Source: an uncultured Acidobacteriota bacterium (GTDB lineage: Bacteria; Acidobacteriota; Thermoanaerobaculia; Gp7-AA8). From it: a stretch of DNA of 64,000 nt. This document shows, piece after piece, positions 1 through 9,090 of this stretch. Position numbers and translations under genes: made by a program. The notes beneath the pieces are model-generated. The model had not been told where the DNA came from, did not search any database, and worked only from the letters and a program-made list of their open reading frames with translations. Each line of letters begins with the position of its first letter. Position 1 is the first letter of the stretch. Where the stretch lies: contig CAWGHO010000002.1 in assembly GCA_963822445.1 (NCBI GenBank), forward strand, positions 1,664,001 through 1,728,000, read 5' to 3'.

Positions 1-393
1 TCGCCGGTTGTCGTCCGCAACGTCATCGTTGACCGCACAATTCGGCGCGCCCTCGATCGCCAGGTGCGCTGGAACAAGATCCGGTATTCGTTCTCGCACG
101 CGCTGTATCTCTGCGAGCTGCTCACGAATCCGCTGCCGCTGGCGATCGTGGCCGCGCTGTTCGAGCCGAGCGCGTTGCCTTTGCTTGTCATCGCCGCGCG
201 CTACGTGCAGATGGCGACGCTCAATCATGCGACGGGCGCGGGCCTGACGTGGCGGCAACTCGCGCTGACGCCGATGCTCGATCTGCTCATGCTCTACGCG
301 TGGTTCGTTCCGTTCTTCTCGAACGAGGTGACCTGGCGCGGATACCGGGCGCGCATCGGCCGCAACACCGAGATGGTTCAGCTCGCGGCCTGA
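1..393 (+). CDS. Glycosyltransferase, ceramide glucosyltransferase/HpnI-like; 5'-truncated at window edge
   Basis: Frame 1 is open from base 1 (SPVVVRNVIVDRTIRRALDRQVRW). RQxRW motif followed by hydrophobic segments and the typical C-terminal 'VTWRG'. Confidence 0.7.
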   Translation, partial: SPVVVRNVIVDRTIRRALDRQVRWNKIRYSFSHALYLCELLTNPLPLAIVAALFEPSALPLLVIAARYVQMATLNHATGAGLTWRQLALTPMLDLLMLYAWFVPFFSNEVTWRGYRARIGRNTEMVQLAA

Positions 394-1040
394 TCGGCGT
401 ACAGCCAGCGGAACACGTAAGTCGCCGCGAGCGCCCCGGCAACCTGCGCCGCGATGAAGGCCGGCATGTCCATCAGGCGAATGCCGCTGAACGTGCTCGT
501 GAACGCGCGCGCGAGCGTCACCGCCGGATTCGCGAACGACGTTGAGGCCGTGAACCAGTACGCGGCGGCGATGTACGCGCCGACGACGATCGGGACGACG
601 TTCGGCCGCTTGCCGGTTGCGTGGATCACTGCGACCAGCCCGAACGTCGCGATGAACTCGCTGAAGATCTGTGCCCCGCCGGCGCGGGGACGGATGAAGG
701 TCGACAGCGGCGCGAGCTCGAACATGAGATGCGCCACGACCACGCCGAGCATTCCGCCGGCGAGCTGCGCGACGACGCGCGGGAGAACCTCGACTCGCGC
801 AATGCCGCGCTCGATTGCCGCGGCCATCGTGACGACGGGATTGAAGTGCGCGCCCGAGATCGGCGCGAAGGCGTAGATCAACGCAACGAGCGCCGCCGCG
901 CTGGCGAAACTGTTGGCCAGGAGGGCCACGGCGTCGTTCCCGCCGGAAAGGCGCTCGGCCATGACGCCTGAGCCGACCACAGCCGCCACGAGGAACATCG
1001 TTCCGATGAGCTCGGCGACGGCGACGCGGATTCTCTGCAC
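378..1040 (-). CDS. MIP/aquaporin-family channel, AqpS-like (arsenic-associated subfamily)
   Basis: AELIGT, SGAHFNPVVT and YWFTASTSFANPAVT motifs; about 6 TM. Start set at GTG 1040, 6 nt after a CATACT -10-like hexamer. Confidence 0.9.
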   Translation of the reverse strand: MQRIRVAVAELIGTMFLVAAVVGSGVMAERLSGGNDAVALLANSFASAAALVALIYAFAPISGAHFNPVVTMAAAIERGIARVEVLPRVVAQLAGGMLGVVVAHLMFELAPLSTFIRPRAGGAQIFSEFIATFGLVAVIHATGKRPNVVPIVVGAYIAAAYWFTASTSFANPAVTLARAFTSTFSGIRLMDMPAFIAAQVAGALAATYVFRWLYADQAAS

Positions 1041-1164
1041 GCCGGAAGTATGTGACACGCGCGCGGCGCGCGGCGGTCGCAAAAAAAAACTGCCTTGTCT
1101 GTACTTTTTGGTTCCTCTCCAGGACTTACCGGGCAGAAGTCAAAAAACAAGGAGAGTTTCTCAA

Positions 1165-1680
1165 ATGAAAAAGTTCGCAGTTGTTGCAGCAGGAATGATG
1201 ATGTTCGCCGCCGTTGCATCCGCCGACACGAGCTCGGGCACGCTCGAGGTCACCGGCACGGTGGCCAGCTCGATCAACCTGACCATCGAATCCGCCGGCG
1301 GAACGACCAGCGGCACCGGTACGGCCGCGGCCACCTCGGCCCTCGGCTCGATCGCCAAGTACAGCGCGGCCCCGACGGGCTTCACCATGGCCCGCGGCGC
1401 GTCCGACTGGACGCTTTCGTCCACCGTCGGCGTGAAGGTCGACAAGGCCAACCTCACCAGCACCGACTACACGCTCACCGCGGAGCTCCAGAGCGCGCCG
1501 GCCTCCGGCATCGTCTGGAAGCTCAACGGCTCGACTCTTAGCGACAGCGCGGCCAGCACGCTCACCTCCACCGGCACCTACGGCTCGACCGGCTCCTACT
1601 CGTGGGACATCGTCGTGGCCGACAGCGCTGCCGCGGCGGCGATCGACAACATCATCAGCTTCACCGCCACCTCCAACTAG
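1165..1680 (+). CDS. Secreted Ser/Thr/Ala-rich beta protein, probable major pilin (fimbrial subunit)
   Basis: AAGGAG SD; signal peptide MKKFAVVAAG...VASA; N-terminal 'GTLEVTGTV' donor-strand-like segment; C-terminal 'IISFTATSN'; first gene of a 4-gene operon. Confidence 0.65.
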   Translation: MKKFAVVAAGMMMFAAVASADTSSGTLEVTGTVASSINLTIESAGGTTSGTGTAAATSALGSIAKYSAAPTGFTMARGASDWTLSSTVGVKVDKANLTSTDYTLTAELQSAPASGIVWKLNGSTLSDSAASTLTSTGTYGSTGSYSWDIVVADSAAAAAIDNIISFTATSN

Positions 1681-1699
1681 CCCACCCACGGATCCGCCG

Positions 1700-2182
1700 A
1701 TGAGCACGCGCACGTTTTCAGGCCTCGGGGCGGTTGCTGTTTCCCTCACACTAAGTTTTTTCCCAAATCTGCAGGCGGGGGGCCGCCAGCGCGCTGTGGC
1801 GGTCCCCCATTCTTCCTCCGATCTGTCGCTCACCTTCATCGGCTCCGGCCGCGCCGAAACGGCGATGCTCGATGCCGGATCGATCTCGTGGCGCGGAGGG
1901 CGGAACCGGTTCTCGGTCACGACGCGGACGTTCGGCGTCCGGATCGGACCGGCGTCGCGGGAAGCGCGGGCCACGGCCACGCTGCGCGCGTTTCTCGCCA
2001 CGCCGGATCCACACGCGACGATCCGGATCGACGGCGTCGTCCTCGGCACGGCGCCGCGCGTGATCCAGCGCCACGCGCCGATCGGCATCGCCGTCACGCA
2101 TCGCCTCGAAATCGAAGTTCCGGTCAGCGCGTCCGCCGGGCCGCTGGCCGCGACGATCGGCTGGGAAGTCACCAAGGAATGA
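1700..2182 (+). CDS. Secreted protein, probable minor pilin
   Basis: Signal-like N-terminus; beta-rich; ends 'TIGWEVTKE'; sits between the pilin and chaperone genes. Confidence 0.5.
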   Translation: MSTRTFSGLGAVAVSLTLSFFPNLQAGGRQRAVAVPHSSSDLSLTFIGSGRAETAMLDAGSISWRGGRNRFSVTTRTFGVRIGPASREARATATLRAFLATPDPHATIRIDGVVLGTAPRVIQRHAPIGIAVTHRLEIEVPVSASAGPLAATIGWEVTKE

Positions 2183-2187
2183 TCTTC

Positions 2188-2949
2188 ATGCGCACCTTCA
2201 TCTCTGCTCTCTTCCTGCTGTCGGCGGTCACCGCGTTCGGGGCCGAGGACGGCACGCTCTCGCTCAGCCCGGCCGTAGTCATGCTCCGCGGCGATCATGG
2301 CCAGAGCACCACGCAAACCCTGACCCTGACGAACGGCACTTCGCGGCCGTTCTCGTTCGATCTGGTCGCACAAGACGTCGTCATCACCGATGGAAAACGA
2401 CGGTTCGTCGAGGCCGGATCGATCAGCGGCAGCATCGCCGCCACTGCGGTCTTCTCGCAGACGCACGTCGATGTACCGCCGGGCGACACCGTGAACGTGA
2501 CCGTCACAGTCACAGTGCCGCCCGACACGGCGCAACGCGCCGTCATCGCGTTGTTCCGCGGCACGAACAAGGTCATGTCCGGCAACGTCCCGATGGTGGC
2601 GTCGCTCGGCACACTGCTCACGTTCCGGATCGGCGATGTGATCGAGCTGTCCGCCGAGCCGCTGATCGTCCGTCCGCAAAGCGCCGCGGCAAACCTGGCC
2701 GTCACTCAGACCTGCAGCAACAAGGGACGCGAGCCGCTGCTGGCGCGCGGGGTGATGGCCGTCGTGAACGAGAGCGGCGCACTGATCGGCAAGTCCACAC
2801 TCGATCCGCGCCGCTTGCTTCCCGGCGAGTCGACCGAGATCACCGGCGAATACGGCGGCGAGCTCGATCCCGGTAAATATCGCGTCTTCGTTACCTACGA
2901 CTATGAGGGTGGAACGGTCACCAAGCTCGCCGAGGTGGAGATCCGTTGA
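2188..2949 (+). CDS. Periplasmic pilus chaperone-like protein (two Ig-like domains, PapD/EcpB-like)
   Basis: Signal peptide; 'LSLSPAVV...QTLTLTN', 'VPPGDTVNVTV', 'NKG' and 'LLPGE' patterns. Alternative start at 2179. Confidence 0.65.
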   Translation: MRTFISALFLLSAVTAFGAEDGTLSLSPAVVMLRGDHGQSTTQTLTLTNGTSRPFSFDLVAQDVVITDGKRRFVEAGSISGSIAATAVFSQTHVDVPPGDTVNVTVTVTVPPDTAQRAVIALFRGTNKVMSGNVPMVASLGTLLTFRIGDVIELSAEPLIVRPQSAAANLAVTQTCSNKGREPLLARGVMAVVNESGALIGKSTLDPRRLLPGESTEITGEYGGELDPGKYRVFVTYDYEGGTVTKLAEVEIR

Positions 2950-5723
2950 GAGCGATCGCGCTTTCGGTTGCGCTCATGTCCGCAATCGGAGCGGCCGCCA
3001 CGGAGGCGGGCTCGCCGATGTTCGCGGCCAGGCGCGCGAACGCGGCGTACACGCTGGCCGTGCGTGAATCGCAAATCATCCCCCGGCCCGGTGCCACCGC
3101 GGCCTGGGCCGTCGACGCCACGGTCGTGGACGTCACCGTGCACAACGGAAGCGTGCGCCTCTTCGGTCGCGCCGCCGGCCGCAGCAACGTCATCGTGCTG
3201 AGCGCGGACGGCGAGGTCGTTCTGGACGTCGTCGTCAAGGCAAATCCCTCCGCCGTGGCGACGCCGAAGCGTGAGGTGCAAACCGATCGCGGCTCCGCCG
3301 AAGTGCGCTACTCCAGCGCCGCCCGCGAACTGCAGAACACCGTCACCGCCGCCCGGGAGACGAAACGCGGCAAGACCGAGCTGCACGTGCGGACCGTGCA
3401 TCACGCGGAGCAGCCGGCCGGCGATCGCGCGCGAACGAGCGTCGCCTCGGCGTCGCTCCGCTTCTTCAACAAGGACCGCGAACTGACGCTGCTCGATCGA
3501 GAGGTCGACCACTCACCGCTCACGCTCCGCCACACGCCGGTCAGAGGCATCCACTACCTCGACGAACACTGGCGGCTGCATGCGGGATACACCGCTTACA
3601 CGACCTATCAGAGTTTCCTCGTGCCGGTCGAGCGCGAGTTCGTGGCCGGCGGCGGCTACGCCTTCCGGACCGGCGCAAATTCGCGTCTCACCCCGACGTT
3701 CTTCGCGTACGAAAACGGCACGGTGCTCTCGTTGCTGTACGACTATGACGACCGCGAGGGTCTCGCGCTCCGTGCGGAGGCCGGCTACAGCGGCGGACTC
3801 GGCGGCGCCCTGCAACTGGCGTATGCCTCGAACCGCCAGCAGGCGCGCGCCGACATTCGCTATCGCGGCGAAGACTTCGCCGTCGTTTCGGCCGGCAGTC
3901 CGCGCGGCCTCCTCGCCGACGCCTCGTGGAGCCGCGAATACGGATTCGGCTCGACTGCGGCCGCGTCGTTTCAGGCGAGTGGCGCCGGCGGCTCGCGCGT
4001 CGCAGCCGGATCGGCGGACATCGAACATCGAGTCAGTGAGCGGCTAGCGCTCACGGGCGGAGCATCGTACGGTTCATTCGATGGACGGCGGAGCCTCACC
4101 GTTCCGGCGGGCGTGCGGCTCGATTTCGCGCGCGGCGGCATCGCCGCGCTGTATCGCTGGTCGCAGTCGCACGCGAACCGCGGTGGCCACGGCTTCCGGG
4201 TCTCGGGACGGGCGTCCCTGGGCCGTGCGTATCTCTCCGGATATGTCGACCGCCAGCAGAACGCGCCGACGCTGGAGGTGATTTTCGACGAACAGCCGGA
4301 GCTCGCCGTCGCCCTCGCCGAGCTCGGAATCGTGGCGACCTCCCCGGCCGACATCGCCCGTGCTCTGCGCGAGCAGGCGGCGCTGATCGAGCTCGGATAC
4401 ATCGAAGGCGTCACCGTCGACTTCGCGCCTCTGCGCACGCAGCTCGGCATCGAGCTCGGATTCCTCGGAGGCACGGCGGCGCGCCACCAGTTGCGCGCGC
4501 GCGCCATGCGCAGCGTCACCGAGAGTGTCGCGAACCGGCGTGTGTCCACCCTTGCGTCGCTGACGTACTCCCGGCGGCTCAGCGCCTCGACCGACCTGTT
4601 CGCCGGCTACACGTACTGGCGTACGGAACGGCGCGGCGAAGAGCCGCGCGAAACACCCTATGTGGAAGTGGGCCTGCGCCAGCGGTTCGACGGCTTACCC
4701 GCGATTCCCGGCCTCGGCGGATCGATCTCCGGCGTCGTCTTCGCGGACGAGAACCTCGACGGCGTCGACGACGGCACGCCCGTGACGGCCGAGGTAGAGC
4801 TCGACGGATCGCAGAAGAAGACCACGAACGAGGATGGAACGTTCACCTTCACCAACGTTCCCCGCGGCGCGCATCGCCTCTCTGCGCGCATCCCCGGCCG
4901 GCCCGACGCATACTTCACCACGCCGTCGCGCGTGGACGTGGAGACCGGCGAGCGCGTGGCCTTCGGCGTCGCCTACACGCCCGCGCGCCTTCAGGGCCGC
5001 GTGATCAGTGACTCGGGTGAAGGCCTGGCGAACGTGCGCGTGCTGCTCACGCGCGGCGTGCATCAGGTCATCGCCACCACCGAGAGCGACGGCTCTTTTG
5101 CCACCGCGGCCGCGCCCGGCGAATGGCAGGTCTCGCTGCTCTCCGACTCCGTTCCGGCCGGCTTTTCGCTCAGTGGTACCGAGGCGCGCGAGGTGATGCT
5201 CGAACGATCGCGACCGCAGGACGCCAGCTGGACGCTGCGCGCGCACCGGACTGTCACTGGTGCGGGCGCAGCACCGAACGCAGAGATCGACGTACGTCCG
5301 CTCGGCAAACGCGTTCGTGCGGACGCCGAGGGACGGTTCTCCATCCGCTCGCTTCCGGCGGGCGAGGTCACCCTCATCGCGGGCGGCGTCGAGCATCGTG
5401 TGACGTTGCCGAGCTCTCCCGCGACGAAGCACATCGATCTCGCGCCGAGAGCAGCCGTGTCGCCTGCAGTACCGATAGAGGTCAGAGGCGAGCGGCACGA
5501 CTCGACCCGCTGGGGCGTCGCGATCGGCGCCTATCGCGTGTACGCGAACGCCGTCGCCGTGGCGGCGCAGGCGCGCCAGCACGGCATCGCCGTCGAGCTC
5601 GATGACCGCGGCGGACTGGTCGTCGTCCGCTCCGGGCCGTACAGCTCGCGTGAGGCAGCGACCGAGGCCGCCGCGCGGCTGACGAAGGCCGGAATGGAGG
5701 CGATCGTACTGTCCATAAAATGA
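2946..5723 (+). CDS. Outer-membrane usher-like protein with SdrD-B/carboxypeptidase-regulatory-like repeats and a C-terminal SPOR domain
   Basis: Signal peptide; long amphipathic beta-strand region; 'SISGVVFADENLDG' SdrD-B-like motif; C-terminal 'VAIGAY..YANA...VRSGPYSSREAA' SPOR signature. Confidence 0.65.
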   Translation: MRAIALSVALMSAIGAAATEAGSPMFAARRANAAYTLAVRESQIIPRPGATAAWAVDATVVDVTVHNGSVRLFGRAAGRSNVIVLSADGEVVLDVVVKANPSAVATPKREVQTDRGSAEVRYSSAARELQNTVTAARETKRGKTELHVRTVHHAEQPAGDRARTSVASASLRFFNKDRELTLLDREVDHSPLTLRHTPVRGIHYLDEHWRLHAGYTAYTTYQSFLVPVEREFVAGGGYAFRTGANSRLTPTFFAYENGTVLSLLYDYDDREGLALRAEAGYSGGLGGALQLAYASNRQQARADIRYRGEDFAVVSAGSPRGLLADASWSREYGFGSTAAASFQASGAGGSRVAAGSADIEHRVSERLALTGGASYGSFDGRRSLTVPAGVRLDFARGGIAALYRWSQSHANRGGHGFRVSGRASLGRAYLSGYVDRQQNAPTLEVIFDEQPELAVALAELGIVATSPADIARALREQAALIELGYIEGVTVDFAPLRTQLGIELGFLGGTAARHQLRARAMRSVTESVANRRVSTLASLTYSRRLSASTDLFAGYTYWRTERRGEEPRETPYVEVGLRQRFDGLPAIPGLGGSISGVVFADENLDGVDDGTPVTAEVELDGSQKKTTNEDGTFTFTNVPRGAHRLSARIPGRPDAYFTTPSRVDVETGERVAFGVAYTPARLQGRVISDSGEGLANVRVLLTRGVHQVIATTESDGSFATAAAPGEWQVSLLSDSVPAGFSLSGTEAREVMLERSRPQDASWTLRAHRTVTGAGAAPNAEIDVRPLGKRVRADAEGRFSIRSLPAGEVTLIAGGVEHRVTLPSSPATKHIDLAPRAAVSPAVPIEVRGERHDSTRWGVAIGAYRVYANAVAVAAQARQHGIAVELDDRGGLVVVRSGPYSSREAATEAAARLTKAGMEAIVLSIK

Positions 5724-5738
5724 ACGCAGTCGCGTAAC

Positions 5739-5763
5739 GGAACGGTTGCCTCATTCGCTCGTT
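5739..5763 (+). promoter_or_regulatory. Candidate ECF-sigma promoter GGAAC-N16-CGTT
   Basis: GGAAC 5739-5743, 16-nt spacer, CGTT 5760-5763, upstream of the REC-ECF gene. Confidence 0.5.
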
Positions 5764-5832
5764 CCTTTGTTTTCATCGACTTACGTGTGGCTTGCCTCTT
5801 GATCTATCTCTGGCGAGACGATGGGAGGCAAT

Positions 5833-6669
5833 GTGTCCAGAATTCTGGTGGTCGATGACGATGTGACGCTCGTCGAGGGCATTCGCGCGATGCTCGACGT
5901 GCACGAGATCGAGTCCGAGGGAGCCTGGGACTGCGACTCGGCGGAGCAGCTGGTCGCGGGACAGTTCTTCCCGGTGATCCTCGCCGATCTGCGGATGCGC
6001 AGCGAGGAAGACGGGTTGCGCCTGATCGAGGCCGTCCGCCGCATCAGCCCACGCTCGCGTGTGGCCACGATGACGGGATATGCCGACGAGGCCACCGAGG
6101 CGCGGCTTCGCGAATGCGGCTCGGAGCTGGTGCTGCGCAAGCCGCTGGGCGAAGAGGAGCTCATCGCCGCGCTGCGGCACATGCTGGAGGTCGTCGACGC
6201 GGCAGCGGACGCGCACGCTGAGGACGATGAAGGGCTGTACGCCGCGACGATCGACACGTTGCAGGCCATTTCTCGCGGCCGCTACGGATTTCCGGCGGAA
6301 GACGTCGAGGAGCTGGTCCAGGAGACGTGGCTCCTCTTCCTCGAAAAGCGGCACCTCGTGCGTACACCGAAAGCGTGGCTATCCGGCACGATCGCAAATC
6401 TTTGCCGCCAGGAGATCGAGCGCCGCACCCGCAACCGCGCGCGCACCGGCGAGATGTCGGAGCCCGCGGTCGTTCCGGCGGACGACGCGGTGCTGGCGGT
6501 GCGCCAGGCCCTGGCGCGCCTCGACGATCGCTCGCGCACACTCTGCAGCCTGATCGGCCTCGAACAGCGATCCTACGAGGAAGTGAGCATGGCGGAGAAC
6601 CTCCCGCTCGGCAGCATCGGTCCGTTGTACCTGCGCGCGAAGAAGAAGCTGCGGCTGGAGTTGCAATGA
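5833..6669 (+). CDS. Receiver domain fused to an ECF sigma factor (REC-sigma2-sigma4)
   Basis: REC residues: VVDDD, ILADL, MTG, RKP. Sigma2: DVEELVQETW...AWLSGTIANLCR. Sigma4: ALARLDDRSR...SYEEVS...PLGSIGP...RAKKKLR. GGAGG SD before GTG 5833 (alternative ATG 5821). Confidence 0.85.
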   Translation: MSRILVVDDDVTLVEGIRAMLDVHEIESEGAWDCDSAEQLVAGQFFPVILADLRMRSEEDGLRLIEAVRRISPRSRVATMTGYADEATEARLRECGSELVLRKPLGEEELIAALRHMLEVVDAAADAHAEDDEGLYAATIDTLQAISRGRYGFPAEDVEELVQETWLLFLEKRHLVRTPKAWLSGTIANLCRQEIERRTRNRARTGEMSEPAVVPADDAVLAVRQALARLDDRSRTLCSLIGLEQRSYEEVSMAENLPLGSIGPLYLRAKKKLRLELQ

Positions 6670-6676
6670 GACAGGT

Positions 6677-7114
6677 CTAAGGCGCGGTCGGGTGATGCGG
6701 AGACTCGTTGAGGACCAGCCAGTACGACTGCAGCTGACGCGCGGTCTCGACAAAGCGCGCGAAATCGACGGGCTTGCGAACGTAACCGTTCGCGCCGCGG
6801 TCGTAGCACTCGGCGATGTCCGATGCCCGGTCGCTCGACGTCAGCATGACGACCGGGATGCGGCGGGTGCGCTCATCGGTGCGGAGACGCCGCAGAACGT
6901 CCAGGCCGCTGAGACCGGGCATGTTCAGATCGAGCAGAACGACGCGCGGCATGGCTGACGGATCGCTCTTCGCCCTCTCACTCGCCTCGAAGAGAAACGC
7001 CAGGGCCTGGGCTCCGTCGCGCGCCACTTCTAGCGGCACGCCGGGGCTCGCGCGCTGAAAGGCGCGCCGGGCCAGGTCGATCTCGTCTTCGTTGTCTTCG
7101 ACCAGGAGAATCAT
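6677..7114 (-). CDS. Single-domain response regulator, Rcp1-like
   Basis: ILLVEDN, LLDLNMP, MLTSS, GANGYVRKPVDF, YW motifs; ATGA overlap with the upstream kinase. Confidence 0.9.
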   Translation of the reverse strand: MILLVEDNEDEIDLARRAFQRASPGVPLEVARDGAQALAFLFEASERAKSDPSAMPRVVLLDLNMPGLSGLDVLRRLRTDERTRRIPVVMLTSSDRASDIAECYDRGANGYVRKPVDFARFVETARQLQSYWLVLNESPHHPTAP

Positions 7115-9090
7115 CGATGTCGAGTGTCTGCGTGAGAATTCAAAGTCCAATGAAACCGCGCTCCGCGGCCCGGCTGGCCATCGGCCCAGATGTGGCCGCC
7201 GTGACGTTCGACGATGCGCTGCACTGTGGCCAGGCCGATTCCCGTTCCGGGGTAGTCGGCGTCGGAATGGAGCCGCTGAAACGGCGTGAAGAGTTTTTCG
7301 GCATAAGCCATGTCGAAGCCGGCTCCGTTGTCGCAGACGAGATAGACCGGCTCTCGCCTGTCCTCATGCACTCCGAACTCGATGACCGCCTCGGCCTCGC
7401 GGGCCGTGAACTTCCAGGCATTGCCGAGGAGATTTTCGAGCAGCACGCGCATCATGCGCGGGTCGGCACAAGCGTTGACGTCCGGTTGGATGATGACGCG
7501 CGCGTTCCGGTGCGGCGAGGCTTTGATCAGGTTGTCCGTGATGTCGCGGACCATTGCGGAAAGGTCGACGGTCCTGGGGTGAATGGCCGCGCGGCCAAGA
7601 CGGGAGAGCTTGAGCAGGTCATCGATCAGTTCGGCCATACGACGTGACGCGGCCTGCACGCGCTGCATGTAGCCGTGGGCGCGCTCGTCGAACAGCGTGC
7701 CGTAGTCTTCGGCGAGGGCGGTGGTGAATCCGTCGATCGTGCGCAGTGGCGCGCGCAGATCGTGAGACACCGTGTAGCTGAACGACTCCAGTTCGCGATT
7801 CTTCTGTTGCAGCTCTTCCACGAGTCGCGCGCGCGTTTCGGCGAGCTCGCGGGCCGCTGTTGCCTCCGATGCCTCGAGCTCCGCGCGCAGAAGCTGATTG
7901 CGAATCTGGCGATTTTCCTCCTCGAACTGCCGGCGCCTGAGCTGGGCGCGAACGCGAGCGCGCAGAACCTCGAGATGGCTGGACTTGGAAAGATAATCGT
8001 CCGCCCCGGCCCCGAGCCCCTCGATCATGGCTTCGCGGTCCTCCATCGCCGTCAGCATGATCAGCGGAATGTCGCGGAGTCCGGGGGCCTGCTTGATGCG
8101 GCGGCAGGTCTCCTGCCCGCTGATGCCGGGCATGAGCAGGTCGAGAAGGATGCAGTCCACGTGCTGTACGGCGAGCATCTCCAGAGCCTCCTCACCGGAA
8201 TGCGCCAGGATCACGTCGTAGCCTTCGCCGGACAATGCCTCCGCGAGCAGATGAAGAAACGTGGCGCTGTCATCGACGGCCAGAATCTTCTTGGGGCCGA
8301 CCAGACTCGACGTCGTTCGCTCTTCGGTCGCACGCGACGAGCGAAGCACGGCTGCGACGCGAGCCATGACGACGCTCGGATCCTCGTCTTTCCGCACGAA
8401 GGCGTCAGCGCCGGCGTCCAGGGCGCGCAATTCGGCGGCCGCGTCGTTCGAGCCGGTCAACATGACGCACGGCGTCCGCCGCAGCGCTGCGTCGAGGCGG
8501 ACACGCCGGATCACCGTCGCTCCGTCCATGCCGGGGAGTACGTCGTCGACGATGATGGCGCTGGGCCGCGCGTCTCCCGCGACGCGCAGGCCTTCTTCAC
8601 CGCTGAGGGCCGTGAGCACGTGATAGTCGAGCTGCTCCAGTTCCGCTTTCAGCTCCTGCTGGAACGTGACGCTGTCATCGATGATCAGCACCGGCATGCG
8701 GTCCGCCGTTGCCTGTGTGCGATGTGCGTTGGCCAGCTCCCGCGCTCGTGCCACGAGGTAATGAACGTCATACGGTTTGCCGACGTATTCGTCGGCGCCG
8801 GTCGTCAGCCCGCGAATGCGATCCTGCACCTCGGCTTCGCTGGAGAGAAGAATCACCGGCAGGTCCGCGATGCGGGGATCGCTCCGAAACTCGCGAAGCA
8901 GATCGATGCCGTCGCCGTCCGGTAAGCGGACATCCAGTACCGCCACGGCCACGCCGTCGGTGCGGACCACCTGTCGCGCTTCGGCGGCGGTGCCACATGG
9001 ATGCACGCGCAGGCCGGCATGCTCGAAGGCCTCGGCGAGGTGCATGCGCACCGTCAGACTGTCATCCACGATGAGAACGAGCGGCGTCAT
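7111..9090 (-). CDS. Hybrid kinase: three REC domains plus HisKA/HATPase (Cph1-like core)
   Basis: Three xxDDS REC repeats; FSYTVSHDLRAPL H-box; NAWKF, DNGAGF and GTGIGL boxes. Confidence 0.92.
   Translation of the reverse strand: MTPLVLIVDDSLTVRMHLAEAFEHAGLRVHPCGTAAEARQVVRTDGVAVAVLDVRLPDGDGIDLLREFRSDPRIADLPVILLSSEAEVQDRIRGLTTGADEYVGKPYDVHYLVARARELANAHRTQATADRMPVLIIDDSVTFQQELKAELEQLDYHVLTALSGEEGLRVAGDARPSAIIVDDVLPGMDGATVIRRVRLDAALRRTPCVMLTGSNDAAAELRALDAGADAFVRKDEDPSVVMARVAAVLRSSRATEERTTSSLVGPKKILAVDDSATFLHLLAEALSGEGYDVILAHSGEEALEMLAVQHVDCILLDLLMPGISGQETCRRIKQAPGLRDIPLIMLTAMEDREAMIEGLGAGADDYLSKSSHLEVLRARVRAQLRRRQFEEENRQIRNQLLRAELEASEATAARELAETRARLVEELQQKNRELESFSYTVSHDLRAPLRTIDGFTTALAEDYGTLFDERAHGYMQRVQAASRRMAELIDDLLKLSRLGRAAIHPRTVDLSAMVRDITDNLIKASPHRNARVIIQPDVNACADPRMMRVLLENLLGNAWKFTAREAEAVIEFGVHEDRREPVYLVCDNGAGFDMAYAEKLFTPFQRLHSDADYPGTGIGLATVQRIVERHGGHIWADGQPGRGARFHWTLNSHADTRHR

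Noticed and set aside
1101-1128. GTACTT-N16-GACTTA as an ECF promoter for the pilin gene
   Set aside because: It does not match the motif upstream of the REC-ECF gene; too weak to call without TSS data.
913-1164. Upstream extensions given by the ORF track (also 1888, 25263, 37553, 38137, 38569, 44369, 53128, 53721)
   Set aside because: They overlap neighbouring genes; SD, signal-peptide or family N-terminus evidence supports the later starts.
5833-6669. PhyR orthologue
   Set aside because: Domain order is reversed, sigma4 looks intact, and no nepR/ecfG is adjacent.
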